This document shows, one piece after another, positions 24,701-38,330 of a stretch of 64,000 nt of DNA. How positions within the stretch are numbered: the stretch's first letter is position 1; each line of letters starts with the position of its first letter. The notes under the pieces are model-generated. The model made no database searches. It was not told the DNA's origin and was given only the letters and a program-made list of their open reading frames with translations. The translations under genes and the position numbers were made by a program. Source of the DNA: Amoebophrya sp. A120 (taxonomy: Eukaryota; Protista; Dinoflagellata); the NCBI GenBank assembly GCA_905178155.1, contig CAJINV010000004.1, forward strand, positions 9,648,625 to 9,712,624, written 5' to 3'.

Positions 24701-25743
24701 CGCAGCGGCGAGCACCCCCCCCCCCCCCGAGGGTGGTTGCAAGAGCAGCGCTGGTAGTTTTCTTGACCATTTTCTGCTATTGGGAGCGCTAGACTCAGAG
24801 CAATTAGTAGAACTACGGCTTTTTTTATTCTTTACCTTGCGGCACCAATTTGTCGAGTGAAGGTCGCGGCCTGAAAACGAGCAGACCGTACTAGTGTTAC
24901 AACTACTTCTGGTTTTGCGTATAGTTTCACCTGACAGACTGTATTTGAGGACTGAGCGAGGAGTTAGAATCTGCGGGACTCGGAGTCGTTGAAATAGCGG
25001 GAACTGTGACGCAATAAAGAACGAGGACGAAGTTATATCTTAAAAACTCAAGCTCAGCATATGCGCTGCTCTTCAACTTGCTGTTGTCAGATTTTTTTAT
25101 TAATTTTGCTAATCCATGCTGGCCAACTACGTGCTTATTAAATCTATATATTCCGGATCGAGCCGGAGCCGCAATCATTGTCGCCGTCTTCTTCCTTAAT
25201 ACAGTAAGAACCACGACAAAGATGAGAACGAAGCAGTTGTACTGTCAACTTGGACGAAGATGATGGCACGCACGATATTATTGCCCATGGGCGTCAATAA
25301 TAGAAACGGATCACGTTGTTCGCGGGTGCAAAGCTATCCTATGCACACTGCCTTTCATCATGCAGCAAGAAGAGCATCGTCATTGACCACTTCCAGTGAA
25401 CGAGTTTGCCAGTTGGGCTAAAAGCGAACGACGAAGACCATAATCTATACTTGCACGAGCACGATCAGGAACACGGCCTGCGATGCACTTACAGAGGCAG
25501 GGTAGTGAATATGCAGCATAATAAAAATAAAATGATAATCATGATATTTTCAGTTTCAACATTAGATGACGACAAAATGCGAAAGAGAACAAACAGAAAA
25601 ACGTCAATGTGCACAAAGAATGTCACGTGCAGAAAGAGAAGCTTTCAAGAAAGATAAAGATCTTATCTTCAATGTTCTACAACTGCTACTGCATGCTCAG
25701 GGGCTTGGCAACCGTCGAGCTGTCATCTTGATGCAATACTAAT

Positions 25744-28153
25744 TCACTTTCTCCCTTTATTTCTCTTCTTCTTTGGCGGAGGTGCGACCTCCTCCGAGCT
25801 TTCGTCATCGTCGTCAAACTCCTGCACGTAGCTGCCGTAGCTGAGTTCAGACACAATATCGTCATCGCTCAACATCCCTTCCTCCTCCTCTTCCTCCTCC
25901 GCGTCTGAAGCAAGTTCATCTGCATCGGCTACAGTAGTTGCCGTCGTGTTTTTTGAAGATGACGCGGGTGTACTTCTTGCTTTCGAATTGTCCGTATCCT
26001 GAGTAAAAACGTACCCGCACCAGAGTTGTCATGCAGATTTGCAATGACAGGAACATTTGTAATGCGCATCGCCAGGAGAGTCATTTTTAGTTGTGTTTTG
26101 GAATTTGTAATGCTGTAAACAGGATGAGCAGATGGATTTCTGATGCAGCTGGCCTTGCGAACATGCACTACACTACGGACTGCAACTTGTGATGCGTGAC
26201 CCCCAAAAGTTCTAGGTTTGTGTTGCAAAATCCCCATCTTGACTCTGGTGTGGGGACATTTTTACTCAGGATAATCCGTTTTCTGCGTCTCCGCTTCCTC
26301 CCCCTCCACTTTCACCTTGCTCAGATCCACCGGATATCAAAGAAAAAAAGTTCGTCACGATCACTCATGCGCATTCTTGCAACGCAAAATTGTTTGTCAT
26401 GCGTAAAAATGCATCACAGCCAAACTTCATTAGGGATTTCCCTAGTGTTTCTGCAATACATGGAAAGTTTGTGATGCTGAGAAAATTTGTAATGCAAAGC
26501 CTGCAAGAGCAAGTTAGTGACTGTGACAAACTTTTTTCTCTCCATACCGGAGGTAACGCCACGACTGCGGTTAGTTTTTGTTTCATGTACGTCTTTTTAT
26601 CCTGTTCCCGTCGTTTATCCGACTCCAAAGCCTTGTGGACGGTCGCGAACCGGCCCAGCCCGACGCTCGCGAGTTGTTTTGTCTGCGGGATAAAGCACAG
26701 CGATCGAATCGCGGAGCCCTCGGGGGCACACGCACCGAGGTACTTGATGATTTGCCCCTTCCAAACGTACTCGTGATGGTATCAAATGCAAAAACGTCTG
26801 GGTCTGGAAGGATGCAGACTTGTCATGCATATTTTGTATGATGATTGATGCCTGCTCTAATGCATGATCTAGCAACACAGATTTGTTTTTGTAGAGGGCT
26901 TCCTAATGGCTATTCCGCATGAGAAATGCCCTCTCCGCGTAACACAAACTGGAGTCCTGTCGCTGGTCATGCAATACAGATTTTTTTGGAATCCAAAGAC
27001 AGCATTACAAGTTGCAATCTTCCAGACCCAGACATTTTTGGTTTCCATAGGTGGGCGATGGAGGCGATTTTCGGGATGTCCTTGACCATCTTGTTCTGAA
27101 AAAGCAAGGAGTCCGGCGTTCCCGTCAAATAGGGTTTCGTTTTGGTCAAGTCGAAAATATCGAGGTTCCCGACCGTGTCGCCATATGCATTGCAAAAGTA
27201 TCGTATTCGTATAAATGCAAGTCTTGCATTACAAATCTTCTTCTTGAGGCAAATCCGCATTACAAATTTTATTTCTCATGCTGAGGAAATTTGTAATGCA
27301 TTTATACGAGTACGATACTTTTGCAATTCATACGCCAACAGCCAGAATACCGTTGTCGGTCAACACCGACGCGGTAATGGGTCTCTCTTCCTTCCTATCA
27401 AATGTAAAAATGTCTGGGTTTGGAAGAATGCAACTTTTGATGCTGCATTTGGATTCCAAAAAAATCTGTATTGCATGAGTACCAAAGTAGGGAATGCAAT
27501 TTTTCCTACGCTGAGGAGGCATTTGTCATGCGGGATAGGCATCAAGAAGCCCTCAAGAAATCTGTATTGCTAGGGTATGCATCACAGACATTATGGCTCA
27601 TGCAAAACGTGCGTGACAAGTGTCAGAATCTTCCAGACCCAGACATTTTTACAGTTGATACTTCCCCGCGGCGCCCGCGTGCCCGATGGATCGTTCGCGC
27701 TTGTACACGACGGGGAGGTCAAACAGGGCCCGCGGTTGCTTCGCTTTCATGTCGAAAATCCGGATTTTGCCGTCCATGGTGCAGCACACCAACGCGGTGT
27801 CGCAGTCGAGGGCCTGGGGATACAGGATTTCTTGAGAAGTCGAGTATGAGTTCTTTATCTTTTGCTGGAAATTCGAAATAAATAACAACGTTCTTAACGT
27901 GCTCGAGCATTGCAAATGGTACTACAACAGATTGGTCATCTTCCTGCATTGTCATGCATCGTGCATAATTCTTTAAACTATCTACTACAAAAAGCAAAAG
28001 CATTCCTGATTTTATACCTCAGTCGCCCAGTGTATCCTCGAGTAGCGGATTGGGACCTGGAGATCCAATTTGTCATTCGGCAGGTTTTTCGCTTTCCACA
28101 CCAATTTCCGCTCCCGTACGTCGAAGACCCGGACATCGTTATCGACCCCGCAG
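25744..28153 (-). pseudogene. Mirror copy of the partial, element-laden Nsa1 paralog. Elements at 25995-26273, 26335-26546, 26780-27049, 27184-27332, 27396-27660 and adjacent 28154-28405
   Basis: Reverse complement of 48485-50894. Confidence 0.7.
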
Positions 28154-29683
28154 TATGGATTGTAAAAGTGTCTGGGTCTGGAAGGTTGGAACTTGTAATG
28201 CTAGCTTTCCATACCTAGAAAATCTGTATTGCATAACCAACAAAAGTCGCAGCCTCTTTTGTCATGCAAAAACGCAGTTTCTTATGCGGATTGCCTATGA
28301 GAAAGCGTTTTGGGAAGTTGTCATGCCGGACTGCATTCGGGAGTGTTTCCATCATGCACATTTTAGCATCACAAGTTTCCAGACCCACACATATTTGCAA
28401 GTGGGAATGCGTATGTGACCTAGCCTCAGCCTGTACGGTGTTGCAGTTTCGCTTTCGACGGCACTTGTGCTTGTTTTCTTATACGGTGTTAGTAATAAAA
28501 AGCAAGCGCGCAGAAATACATCATACTTACATACAGGATCCAGAGCGAGCAGAAATAAATTCAACACGTCATGATGTGAGGACGTTACGAAGATTTTGCA
28601 GTTGCGCGTGGATTTTCTTGCATGATGAACCTCGGCGAGCATAGACAGATGCTTCTACACATGCAACTTTACTTTCTCCCCTTATTTTTTTTCTTCTCCA
28701 GCGGAGAAGCGACCTCCTCCGAACTATCGGCAGACAAGGGAACACGGCCGTGCTTGGCTAAACACGATAATGACACGGAAGTGAAAGAACACTACCATGC
28801 ACACGACGTACCGGCCAGGTGGAACGGAATTCGAGGGGGATGAAAGTTGCTTCGGGGGAAAAGGGTCATGTGGGGGTCGAGGATGTCGTGTTTCCTGTGA
28901 CGCGACAGGCTATGCCGCCGGGGACGTGCTTCTATGGGGTGCAACTACAGGAACAGACGACTATGATGCATTTCATCGGGAGCAGGATATGCAATGGAAT
29001 TTCTATTCCTGGGCAAAGACCGGGGAGCAGCTACTGCTGTTTTTGCAAATATTCATGGGCATTCTGGTACCTACTCCTTTGATCGTGGGCGTTGATGTGC
29101 TGGGGGGGGGTTAGGGATTAGCTACTTGTACTTATAGCATTAGGAGCAATAACAATAAACTACAAAAACGATACCATATGAAACGGGATGGGAACTTACT
29201 ACACGTGGAAGGAACCTGGAAGCACAACCACGATGTACAACGACTGTGGAAAACATATATATAAAGGAAGTATCTAAAGGGGAAAAGATAACAGACTACT
29301 TAGGAAGAAAAAGGGCACGACTCCGAAACCAAATATGTGCAAAAAATAAAAAGAAAAAAAATTAAACATGAATTTTTGACTTTTAATCCCAAAATCGTGA
29401 GGCACTGCGTCCCTCTGACTGTGAAGACACCGCACGATCTTGAGAAGTCGACATGGCTGTTCCTGTTGTCGTTACGAAAACTAACATTCAAAGAAAAGCA
29501 AAAGAGTACTTCTTGTTCCGAGACGTGCTTAATGGAGAAAGCTGCAGAGTTGTGGATAAAAATGCGTATCCGAAGGTCACCAAGCAAATGCAAGTATGTG
29601 CGTTCTCCGAAAAAAGAAAAATCCCGATTGATGAGAGAAGGTGTAGGAAGTCGTCCTCGCCGCGCGCCATTCCCTTACTGCAC

Positions 29684-30064
29684 CTAGCAGACATTCTCGC
29701 AAGAGGCACAGCGGGCATTCGTTTTGACGTTTTCCATGTACTTCTCTGACCCCTCATTCTTCTCGTTGTCCCGCTTTTTAATAGCGCCTTCAGTGCAATC
29801 GTCCTCTTTGAACTTCTCGCAGGTGATTGAGAAATTATCGGTTTCCGGACTCCACGGGCAAAATTTGTCCACTTTGATGGTGTAGTCGCAGGCTTTCGGT
29901 GTGCCATCGACGTCTTGTTTCTTTTTCTTAGCGTAAGTCTGCTGCAGAAACCCCGACGTTTCACTTCCAGTCCAGGAATGCGTGGCGGTCGGTGTCGCGG
30001 ATGCGAGTACCGCCCCCGCACAAACGGCGTTCGCAAGAACAGCGCCGGCGATCTTCTTGACCAT
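29684..30064 (-). CDS. Mirror copy of the small secreted Cys-rich protein
   Basis: Reverse complement of 46574-46954. Confidence 0.6.
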   Translation of the reverse strand: MVKKIAGAVLANAVCAGAVLASATPTATHSWTGSETSGFLQQTYAKKKKQDVDGTPKACDYTIKVDKFCPWSPETDNFSITCEKFKEDDCTEGAIKKRDNEKNEGSEKYMENVKTNARCASCENVC

Positions 30065-33000
30065 TTTTTTTTTCGGGAGCACTACTAGATTCACGACCCC
30101 TACGGCAGCTGTTGTAGTTCTACCTTTAGTACGATTATCTAGCGATTTGGAGACGACAAGACACTGACACTAAAAGAAGAATTGGAATTGCGTTTGCGTA
30201 TATACAATGGAAAGTCAACTTCAACAAGTCTATCTACTTAAATGTTTCAGAATGCGAGACAAGAGTTCGACGGGAGAGTCGGAGTTTCAGCTCAGGCGGG
30301 AACTGGCACGCAAAGGAGGACGATGCTTACTCAAACTCATATCAAACTTGACCCATGTTTAAGTACGTATTTCCAGGATCCCGTCGCAGTCGCCTTTTGT
30401 TTTGAAGATGGCAGGAACAACGACAAGAAAGATGACAAGAAGAGCACGAAACACGGAACTGCCGGAGTGAACGAATATTACGAGGCGCGTCAACATCACG
30501 ACATGATTTTTGACCACCATCGGCGACGGTAACGAACATCGGTGTCCATACGGCGCAACACCCTTTTGCATACAGAAAGACGACAATTTTCATTGAACGA
30601 AAACGAGTGCAACTGCAATCGCAATACACGAAAGACCAAAGAGGGGGATAATTTGGACGAGAAGTACCATGAGCGCCAGCGCCAGGGCCTGTCCAGCAAT
30701 ATCAATATGGAACAACTAAAATTCGCTTTCAATGTGTGACGTTCTGCTAGAGATCTCTATTCTAAATATATGAAAAAGTGGCTGTGCGCAATTCTATGGC
30801 GATGCGTGTCAATGTCATGTAGCATGTACTAGTGTAGAAAGATGATATCTCGTTCCCAAACAAGCTTTACAAGTTCCTACTGCATGCTCAACAGGGGCTT
30901 GGAAACCGACCTATGTATCATCCTGATTTCATACTAATTCACTTTCTCCCCCTATTTCTCCTCTTCTTCGGCGGAGGGGCAACCTCCTCTGAACTTTCGT
31001 CATCGTCGTCAAACTCCTGTACGTAGCTGCCGTAGCTGAGTTCAGACACAATATCGTCATCGCTCAACAGGCCTTCTTCCTCTTCCTCCTCCGCGCCGTC
31101 TGAACCAGGTTCATCTGCATCGGCTGTGGTAGTTGCCGCCGTGTTTTTTGAAGACGACGCGGGTGTAGTTCTTGCTTTCGAATTATCCGTTTTCTGCGTC
31201 TCCGCTTCTCCTTCCCCTTCCACTTTCACCTTGCTCAGATCCACCGGGGGTAACGCCACGACTGCGGTAAGTTTTTGTTTCATGTACGTCTTTTTATCCT
31301 GTTCCCGTCGTTTATCCGACTCCAAAGCCTTGTGGACGGTCGCGAACCGGCCCAGCCCGACGCTCGCGAGTTGCTTTGTCTGCGNATGCTCGATATTTTC
31401 TGCAAAATTCTCGCCACTTCGGGTTCAGCCAAAGTGGCGAGAATTTTGCAGAACTAGCAGAGCTAGACCCCATGAGAAACTGCCGTTTTGGGCGGCATTG
31501 CAAAATACCGGCTTTGCGGCAGGCGCAGCCGCCGCGCACACGGGCTCGCGCTCGACTACCTCTAGAGCACCCGCAGCGCCTTCTGGCTCCTGCTGCTTCA
31601 TTGCGTTTGCAAATGCATGCAAGTCGTGGGCCATAATAGTATCGCCGACCCGCTTCCGGGATCGACTTGTGGCCGACCTGCTTGCGCTTGCTGAATATGG
31701 TGTCTCGGTGCGTGCCCAGATTTATTATTATTTGGAAGCAGTAGCAGAGTTTGGCTGCTGTCAAAGAAAGCTCGTTCTTGCCGTTGCAAAGTCGACGAAA
31801 TCACCGACCGCTCTGAGCTGAGTGACCTGCAGGAGGACTGAGAGAACGAGTCGAAACTAGGCGAAAAGCGGAAAAGTGCGCCCGCCGGAGAGTTCATCTC
31901 TCATTGATGCACAAAAAGTTGCATCGGTTGTGAGAGAAATGGTTCGTGTATTTCGGCGCGCTGGGTGTATTTCGGCGCTCCGCACCTTGGCCTTGGCGTC
32001 AAGTGTACTACAATTGGATGAGCGCCCCCTCCAGCATGTAATGAATACATCATTATTGAATTATTTATAATGTCGATGTCGTCGAAGGGAGCAGTTCGAT
32101 GATGCTGGCACCGCACACGAAACACACACACACAGGCTGTGGCTAAGTTGTTATGAATCAGAAAAAAAATACATATAGAATTAGAGCAGAAGGAGAGACA
32201 ACAAGAAGCGGCCTGTGAGGTCGACGAGCAAGGAGATTGTGTAGAATTAGCGCAGAACAAGAATTAGAAACATGAGTTTCTGGGACAAGCTGTCCGCTCC
32301 ATGGCGCCAATCCTCGCTGGCCGATGCCACCGCTCGGGACCTTGGAATCGACGAACCCAAGGGCTCGACGGGCACCCGCGCAACCGAGGAGCTACGTCTC
32401 CCGGTTACGCAATTAGATAATCCGGCAGTGCGCCAGATGCATGCGCATGCTCGGGATAATTTTATCACGGGCAGGCGCCCGGTCATCGGCGATGAAGAGC
32501 TCGCGATCGCGCTAAGCGCCCACGCGGGTCCGCTCCTGTCGATTGCAAGCGCGCACGGGCTGCGGGGGCTCCCGTGGTGTGAGGGAGAGGGCGGCGCCGG
32601 CGCTCATCAATAAGCCCGCCGCGCCCGCCAGGCAGCAGGCGGCGGGGCGGTGAGCATAGGAGCCGACCAGAGCCCCACCGGGCGGGCCGTTTTGATTGCA
32701 TGCTCCGGGACCCGGGTGGCCCGCCCACAAGCAGCCGCGGCGCGGTTCGGAGATATCCCGTTGTGGTCGTGGCGTCAGGCACCGGCCGGCGCGCGTATTT
32801 CTCACTCCGTCCCTCGTGCGGGGCGTGGTCGTGTTGGTTCTCGCCCCATCGTGGAGGCGGGCCTGTTGCTCGGGTCTGCGTATTTTGATCCATTGCGCGC
32901 GGGCCCGCCAATTTTCCGCCCGTTGCACGGCAGCCCCAGTGCGACTGCGCGATACGGTCTGCCAAGATCGTCAGAACGCGCGATCAATTTTCGTGTCTGT

Positions 33001-33654
33001 CACGAGTGATACCTCCAGCCCTTTTCCACAGCCGCTGTTGGGCTTCTTCGATGAGCCCGCCCCCGCGCTTGCAGTTTCTTAACGTGTGGCATTCGTCAGG
33101 CATTCGCGTTGTTCTGTAAGTCGAAAGGTGCCCGATCTAGCTCCAGTTCGTTCTTTTCGGAAAGAGTGACATCCTGATGCTCTGACGTGGGGCAAAGATC
33201 ATCTTTGCTACGATCTCAAAGCCTATTTATCTTCGAAGACGTAGCATCTGCGAGCGTGCGAACCGATCCTAACAACGATTTCCAAGAGCAGTGCTTCTCG
33301 TTACTTAGCGAAGAAAGCTGAAGATCTGAGTACACAGAAAAAATAGAAGCGCAGATGATCCACTACGAAGAGATATTCGAATTCGATCTGGAGCGACAAT
33401 AAAATTTTATTTAAGCTGACGTAGCGATCCTCGAGGAAGCTTTAGTTCACATTTCCATCTTTCCATACATCCGTGGATTGAAGAAGATGAGCAAGGACTC
33501 AAAAATACGATCCAAGCGTGTGTAAAGAAAAAAATCAAATCAGTGTTGATAGGTTAAATTGGCCAATACCGCCCTCGATCTTCATCTTTACGGCCAGATA
33601 GAATCAGCCAAGATTTTCCACTGTACAACAAACTACACCAGACAGTAAGCTGTT

Positions 33655-33683
33655 CTTTCTTTCTTTCTTTCTTTCTTTCTTTC
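33655..33683 (+). repeat. (CTTT)n microsatellite
   Basis: About seven tandem CTTT units. Confidence 0.85.
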
Positions 33684-34096
33684 CATGCCCGGGCATGGCT
33701 TCAAATGTTCAAGGCCCTAAAAGTTCCGTTGCAATCCCAATTTCTTCTTTCTCGATTTGATCTCGCAATAAGACAACAGCTGAGCATGAACAACTTGTGA
33801 ATTATAAGATCTAGGACGTTGAAGATAAAAATTTGGTTCGAATACAACAACAAGCTCTGTAAAACAAAACAAAACAATCATCTATTTCTTCAAAAAAAAT
33901 AAATCATCTGAAAATAGTCTTCTTGTGCTGCAAATTCGATGGAACTTCCGTTGTATGAATTCTGTAATGCGCAAATCTATATTGAAAAGGAAAAAGTAGA
34001 GAGTCTAGATTTCAAGACTTTCTATGTCAGCAGGATAAATTTTTAATTTTTATCCATTCAAAAAGCAAGTATGATTTCGTCTAAGTCTCAGCATCG

Positions 34097-37000
34097 ATTT
34101 TTTTTTTTCTCTTCTGATCGATTTCACAGTCTATTTCTGTCCTTCGCACACCTTTTTCATCCTCAAATCCACCCTGCCGTGCCCCGATTCGCATTGCCAC
34201 CTTGGTCGTCCCAAAGCCACCCGGTCCGCCCGTTGGCCGCGTCATGTCGGTTGACCTGGGGATTTTGTGGGGGACGAGCACCGGGACCAGCATGATATTG
34301 TTGCATTCCATGCCATGCAGCGCCGCAGGGATAAAGAGTAGAATTATACCTGTTGGGGTGCCCCCCGCCCTGGGGCACCCGCTCTGGGATGGTGCCTGGG
34401 TGCCGGCCGCAAGTGCTCGCCGTCCACGACGCGTGCGGCCACCAAGTCCGTGTCGGAGGAGCACCGCGCTGGATGTAGTGGTTGCGCCATGGACCGGATG
34501 GGGCTGACGTGCTCCGACCTGTGTCGCCCTTCGTCCACCGATGGGTGGTGGCCCTCCTGCCGGCATGTTCGTGTGGTGAGACCGTGCGGTTTGTGTAGGG
34601 AGGGTGGACCTGGATGTTGTGGAGGGGAGAGGGAGCGACGACACCACCAAGGGATCCATGCATTCCATACCAACAAGCAACAGAATATTGAGGGTTGGAA
34701 TTATACCTGTTCGGGGGGCCCCCACCATGGGGCGCCCCCGATCTTGTCTCGCGTAAGTGTGCGCCGTTTCGCCTCGCCGTAGCGTGCAGCCGGCGTCGTG
34801 CTCCGGTGGGTGTCCCAAAGTGGCCATCTTCAGCAGGTCGTGGTTGGGTGGAACCGTGCAAATCGGTCGAGGGGCACGTGGGTTCTGAGTCGATGTGGTT
34901 TCCGGGCAGTAGGGGTAGGCTCTGGTGCGGCTGGTAAGTGACCTGTGTGGTCGAGGGGAGAGCAACAACGGCCAAAGGAGGACACTGTAACACGTCAAGT
35001 CCCAACGAATGATGCGCATCAATGACATGATAACTATACCTGTTCGGGCACCCCCCACCTGGAGGTGCCCGGGTCGGTGTCTCGCGTGGGTTCGTAGGGT
35101 TTGATTGCTCCGGCGTTGTAGAGCATGTCCAGCTGGTGGGGTACGCCGCCGGGTGGTGCGGGTGAGCGTGTGCTTGGGCTGGGGTACAGGGCCTTGACCA
35201 AGATGCTCTGCTCGACTGTAGATGGGCGGCATGGGGTGCCGGGCGGGAGTCGCGTTGCGGCGGTTTCTGTACAGGGATATAATGAGCGAGGGAGGCCGGG
35301 TCTTGTGGAACGTGCAAAAAATTCCTGATGTTCATCGCACTGCTAGTTTCTGTGGGCAAGCAAGAATAACAATAAGAATACCGGTCAGGACCCCCCCACG
35401 CCCCCTCCACAGCCCCGCGCCCGCGGTAGTGTGTTTGGGGGGGAGAAAGCGGTGGGTGGAGTCCTGGTGGCGCTTTGTTTGCGCTGAAAAGTTCGGCCCC
35501 GGCATTGCGTTGTTGCGTCTCGTCCTCGGTGTCGCTGTCCCAGTCTGCATCGTCATCGAGCTCCCCGCCCGGCTGTAGCGCGCGTCGCAGCAACCTGATG
35601 AACTCGATGCCCCAGCACGGGTCCTCCTGCAGTGCCGCGGACCGGAATTCGCCCGGGTTGGACGGGTCTACCACCCGGAGGCTCTGTAGGGCCGGGCACT
35701 CCTGTACCAAGTGCGCTGTCGTTGCTGCCGGTGGGCTCTGTGTCCGCCCTTGACAAAACGGGCAGGCGTAGTCTCTACCGGTTATGTCCGAAACCAGCAG
35801 GCCCATCCTTGCCGCGCTGTAGGCGACTTCGTCCGCCCTCGTCGCGTGCGCCACGCTGTCTATCGGGTTTGCCGCGAAGTTGGACACCTGGCGGAGTGTC
35901 ACACAGGTCTTGGACCCTCCTGTCTGTTTTCCCCTGTCCTGCAGCTCCTTCTTTTTCTGTTGCCGCAGGGACCTCGCGACTTCCCGCTTGGCCTGCCTGT
36001 GCGTGACCCTCGCACCGACTTCGGTGTAGTCGGTTTGCTCCCTGGCCATGGTCGCGAGCTTGTCCGCGACCTCGTTGCCGTCGACGACCTTCCTGTGCGA
36101 CTTTGTGAACACCAGCGACAGGTGTCCCGCGGGTCCTAGTTTCTCTAGGGCGTCCCGTAGTGTTTCGTAGAGCAGCAGGTCACTGCCGTCCCGAATTCTT
36201 GGGTTTTGGAGCGCCTCGAGATTGGACTGCGAGTCTGTGACCACGACCGCTGTGCGGACTTCCCCTGCCGGTCTCTCTGCTACGGTGGCCAGGGCCCCCA
36301 GCAGGGCTGCTCGCTCCGCGTCGAACGAGTCCCCGTAGGACGTTGTTGCCCAGCCGTACTCTCTGTACCTGTCCCACGCGTCTTCGACCACGGCCGCGGC
36401 ACATTGGAAGTCCTTGACTGAACCGTCCGTGTACAGCGAGACGTCTGCCGCTGTGGTGAGTTGTCGCAACTCCTCGTCCGTCGTTCCGGTTGTGCGGACC
36501 GTTAGCCTCCCGGCTTCTTTTGCGGCGTGTACTGTGCTCAGGCCGTTCTGCGGGAGTGCCCCGGGTTCCGCTAGAACCTCGCACCCCTCCGGTAGCGCCG
36601 AAGCCCGTAGCGCGTCGGCTGCCGCCGTCACCCAGTCGACCTGCCCCGCTGCCGCTTCGACCTGCTCTCGCAGCGGGTCCGTTTTCTCCCTCGACATGCC
36701 ACGCGCTAGCAACGCGGCAGCTTCTTCCTTTGCCAGGTTTTCGAGTGGTTGGAGTCCTGCCTCATGCAATGCACAGTCGCCGTTCGTTGTCCTCGGGAGC
36801 CCTAGTATGCTCCTGGCCGCCTGCTTGTGGAACCTGTCGAGCTCCTGCTTGCACTTTTGTGGTAGTGCGAAGTAGTACGAGCCGAGGCCGTACCGGACTA
36901 AGCTTTCACAGAATAAACGGTAGAAGACTCGGACATCTGCTGTGCGTGTCCACGGGAGCCGCGCGAGTGCCCGCACCGCTACCATGCGGCGCCGCAACTT

Positions 37001-38330
37001 TCCTAGCATTTTCTCGGTGTGCTTGCGAAATCTCATTTCGCGGTCTAGCGTGATGCCTAGGAATTTTGGATGCGACTCATACGGCAGCTCGGTGCCCGCT
37101 CCGCTGTGCGTGTACAGCTTCAGCTCCTTCTCCTCTTGTTGGAACACCCGCTGGAGCACCGTCAGTGTGCACTTCGTGGGTGAAAGCGACATGTTGTTCC
37201 GCCGGCACCAGTCGTGTAACCGGTCCAGCGCCGCCTGTAGCTTTCTCTCTGCTTCTTCGGGATCATCGTACTCGACCGAGATTGCGAGGTCGTCCATGTA
37301 CAAGAAGACCTCGCATCCCGTGCCCTCCAATACTTCCGCGAGCTCGAAAAAGTCGCAGAAAACCGTGGGCCCGATGACCGTCCCCTGTGGTACTCCTTGC
37401 GGGATTTTGTGCACCTCGCTTCGCCCTCCTGCGTACTCGACGACCCTTGTGCGGTCGCCGCAAAAATTCCGCGTCCACCTGACTAGCAACGCGTGTTCTG
37501 CTCTTTTGTCCTCCGGGAGGCGCGCGCCATTCTTTAACGCGTGGCGCGCGTACTTGTGCCTGTTCACTCGGTCGAAAGCGGTCTCCAGGTCGATCAGCAC
37601 CAAAGCTCTGCGCTTGCCGGCGCGGAACGTCTTCTGTGCCCTCGCGGAGAGCGTAGCGACGTGCTCCGCCGCCCCTCGGTGCTTGCAGTCGCCGTACTGC
37701 AGGTGGGAGCGCACGGGGGTCCCTGCTTGTGCAAACAGCAGCCTTGTGCGGTTTTGGACGCATCGCTCTAACAACTTGGCCAGGATTGGCGTCAAAGCTA
37801 CTGGGCGGTAGGAGCTCGGTTTGTCGACCGGTTTGGACGGCTTCAGCAGTGGCTTCAGCAGCTCCCGCTTCAGTGTTTGCGGTGTTCCCCCTGTGTTCAC
37901 ACAGTCGGAGAAAAAACCGCGAAGGAACTTTTTTCCTGCTGTGGGCAAGTTCTTAAACTGTGGCCCCTTTAGCCCGTCCGGGCCCCCCGCCGACGTTGAC
38001 GACTGCGAGACCAGTGCTGCTTCTATCTCGTCGAGCGTGAACTCGATCCGTGTGCTTGGCTTTATCTCCTCGTTGAAGATTTTCTCGGCTTCTCTTTTCG
38101 CGGTCTGCTCCTCTGCTTCGTCTAACGTCGGCAAGGAGGCGTAGTGCTTTGCGAAGACCGTCGGCAGCCCTGTGGCATGGGACTCGCCCCCGAACTTTAG
38201 CACTTTGGCCGCCCCCGTGACCGGTCTGCCGCCCGCTTCGAGTTCTCGCAACAGCTGGAAAGCGCCGCTCGTTGTTGCCTGCGCCTTCTCTGCTTTCTCC
38301 CGTAAGCTGTTCTTTATCTTTATGATTATG
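34097..38330 (-). mobile_element. 5'-truncated non-LTR retrotransposon (RT + RNase H + C-terminal Cys/His motif; I/ingi-like architecture)
   Basis: ORF 34163-38389 contains SAGGPDG, SSYRPVALT, LIDLETAFD, QGVPQGTVIGP, YMDD, KFLGITLD (RT); YTDGS, AE, TDSQS, KSH, GNEVADKLA (RNase H); CPFC..HLVQEC. No endonuclease domain seen upstream. A-run at about 34097-34108 on the minus strand may be the tail. Boundaries approximate. Confidence 0.9.

Larger units (their letters stand above)
21745..31384 (-). repeat. 9,640-bp inverted copy of 45254-54893 (likely assembly artefact)
   Basis: ORFs mirror with coordinate sum 76638 and identical translations; bounded by N on both sides. Confidence 0.95.
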
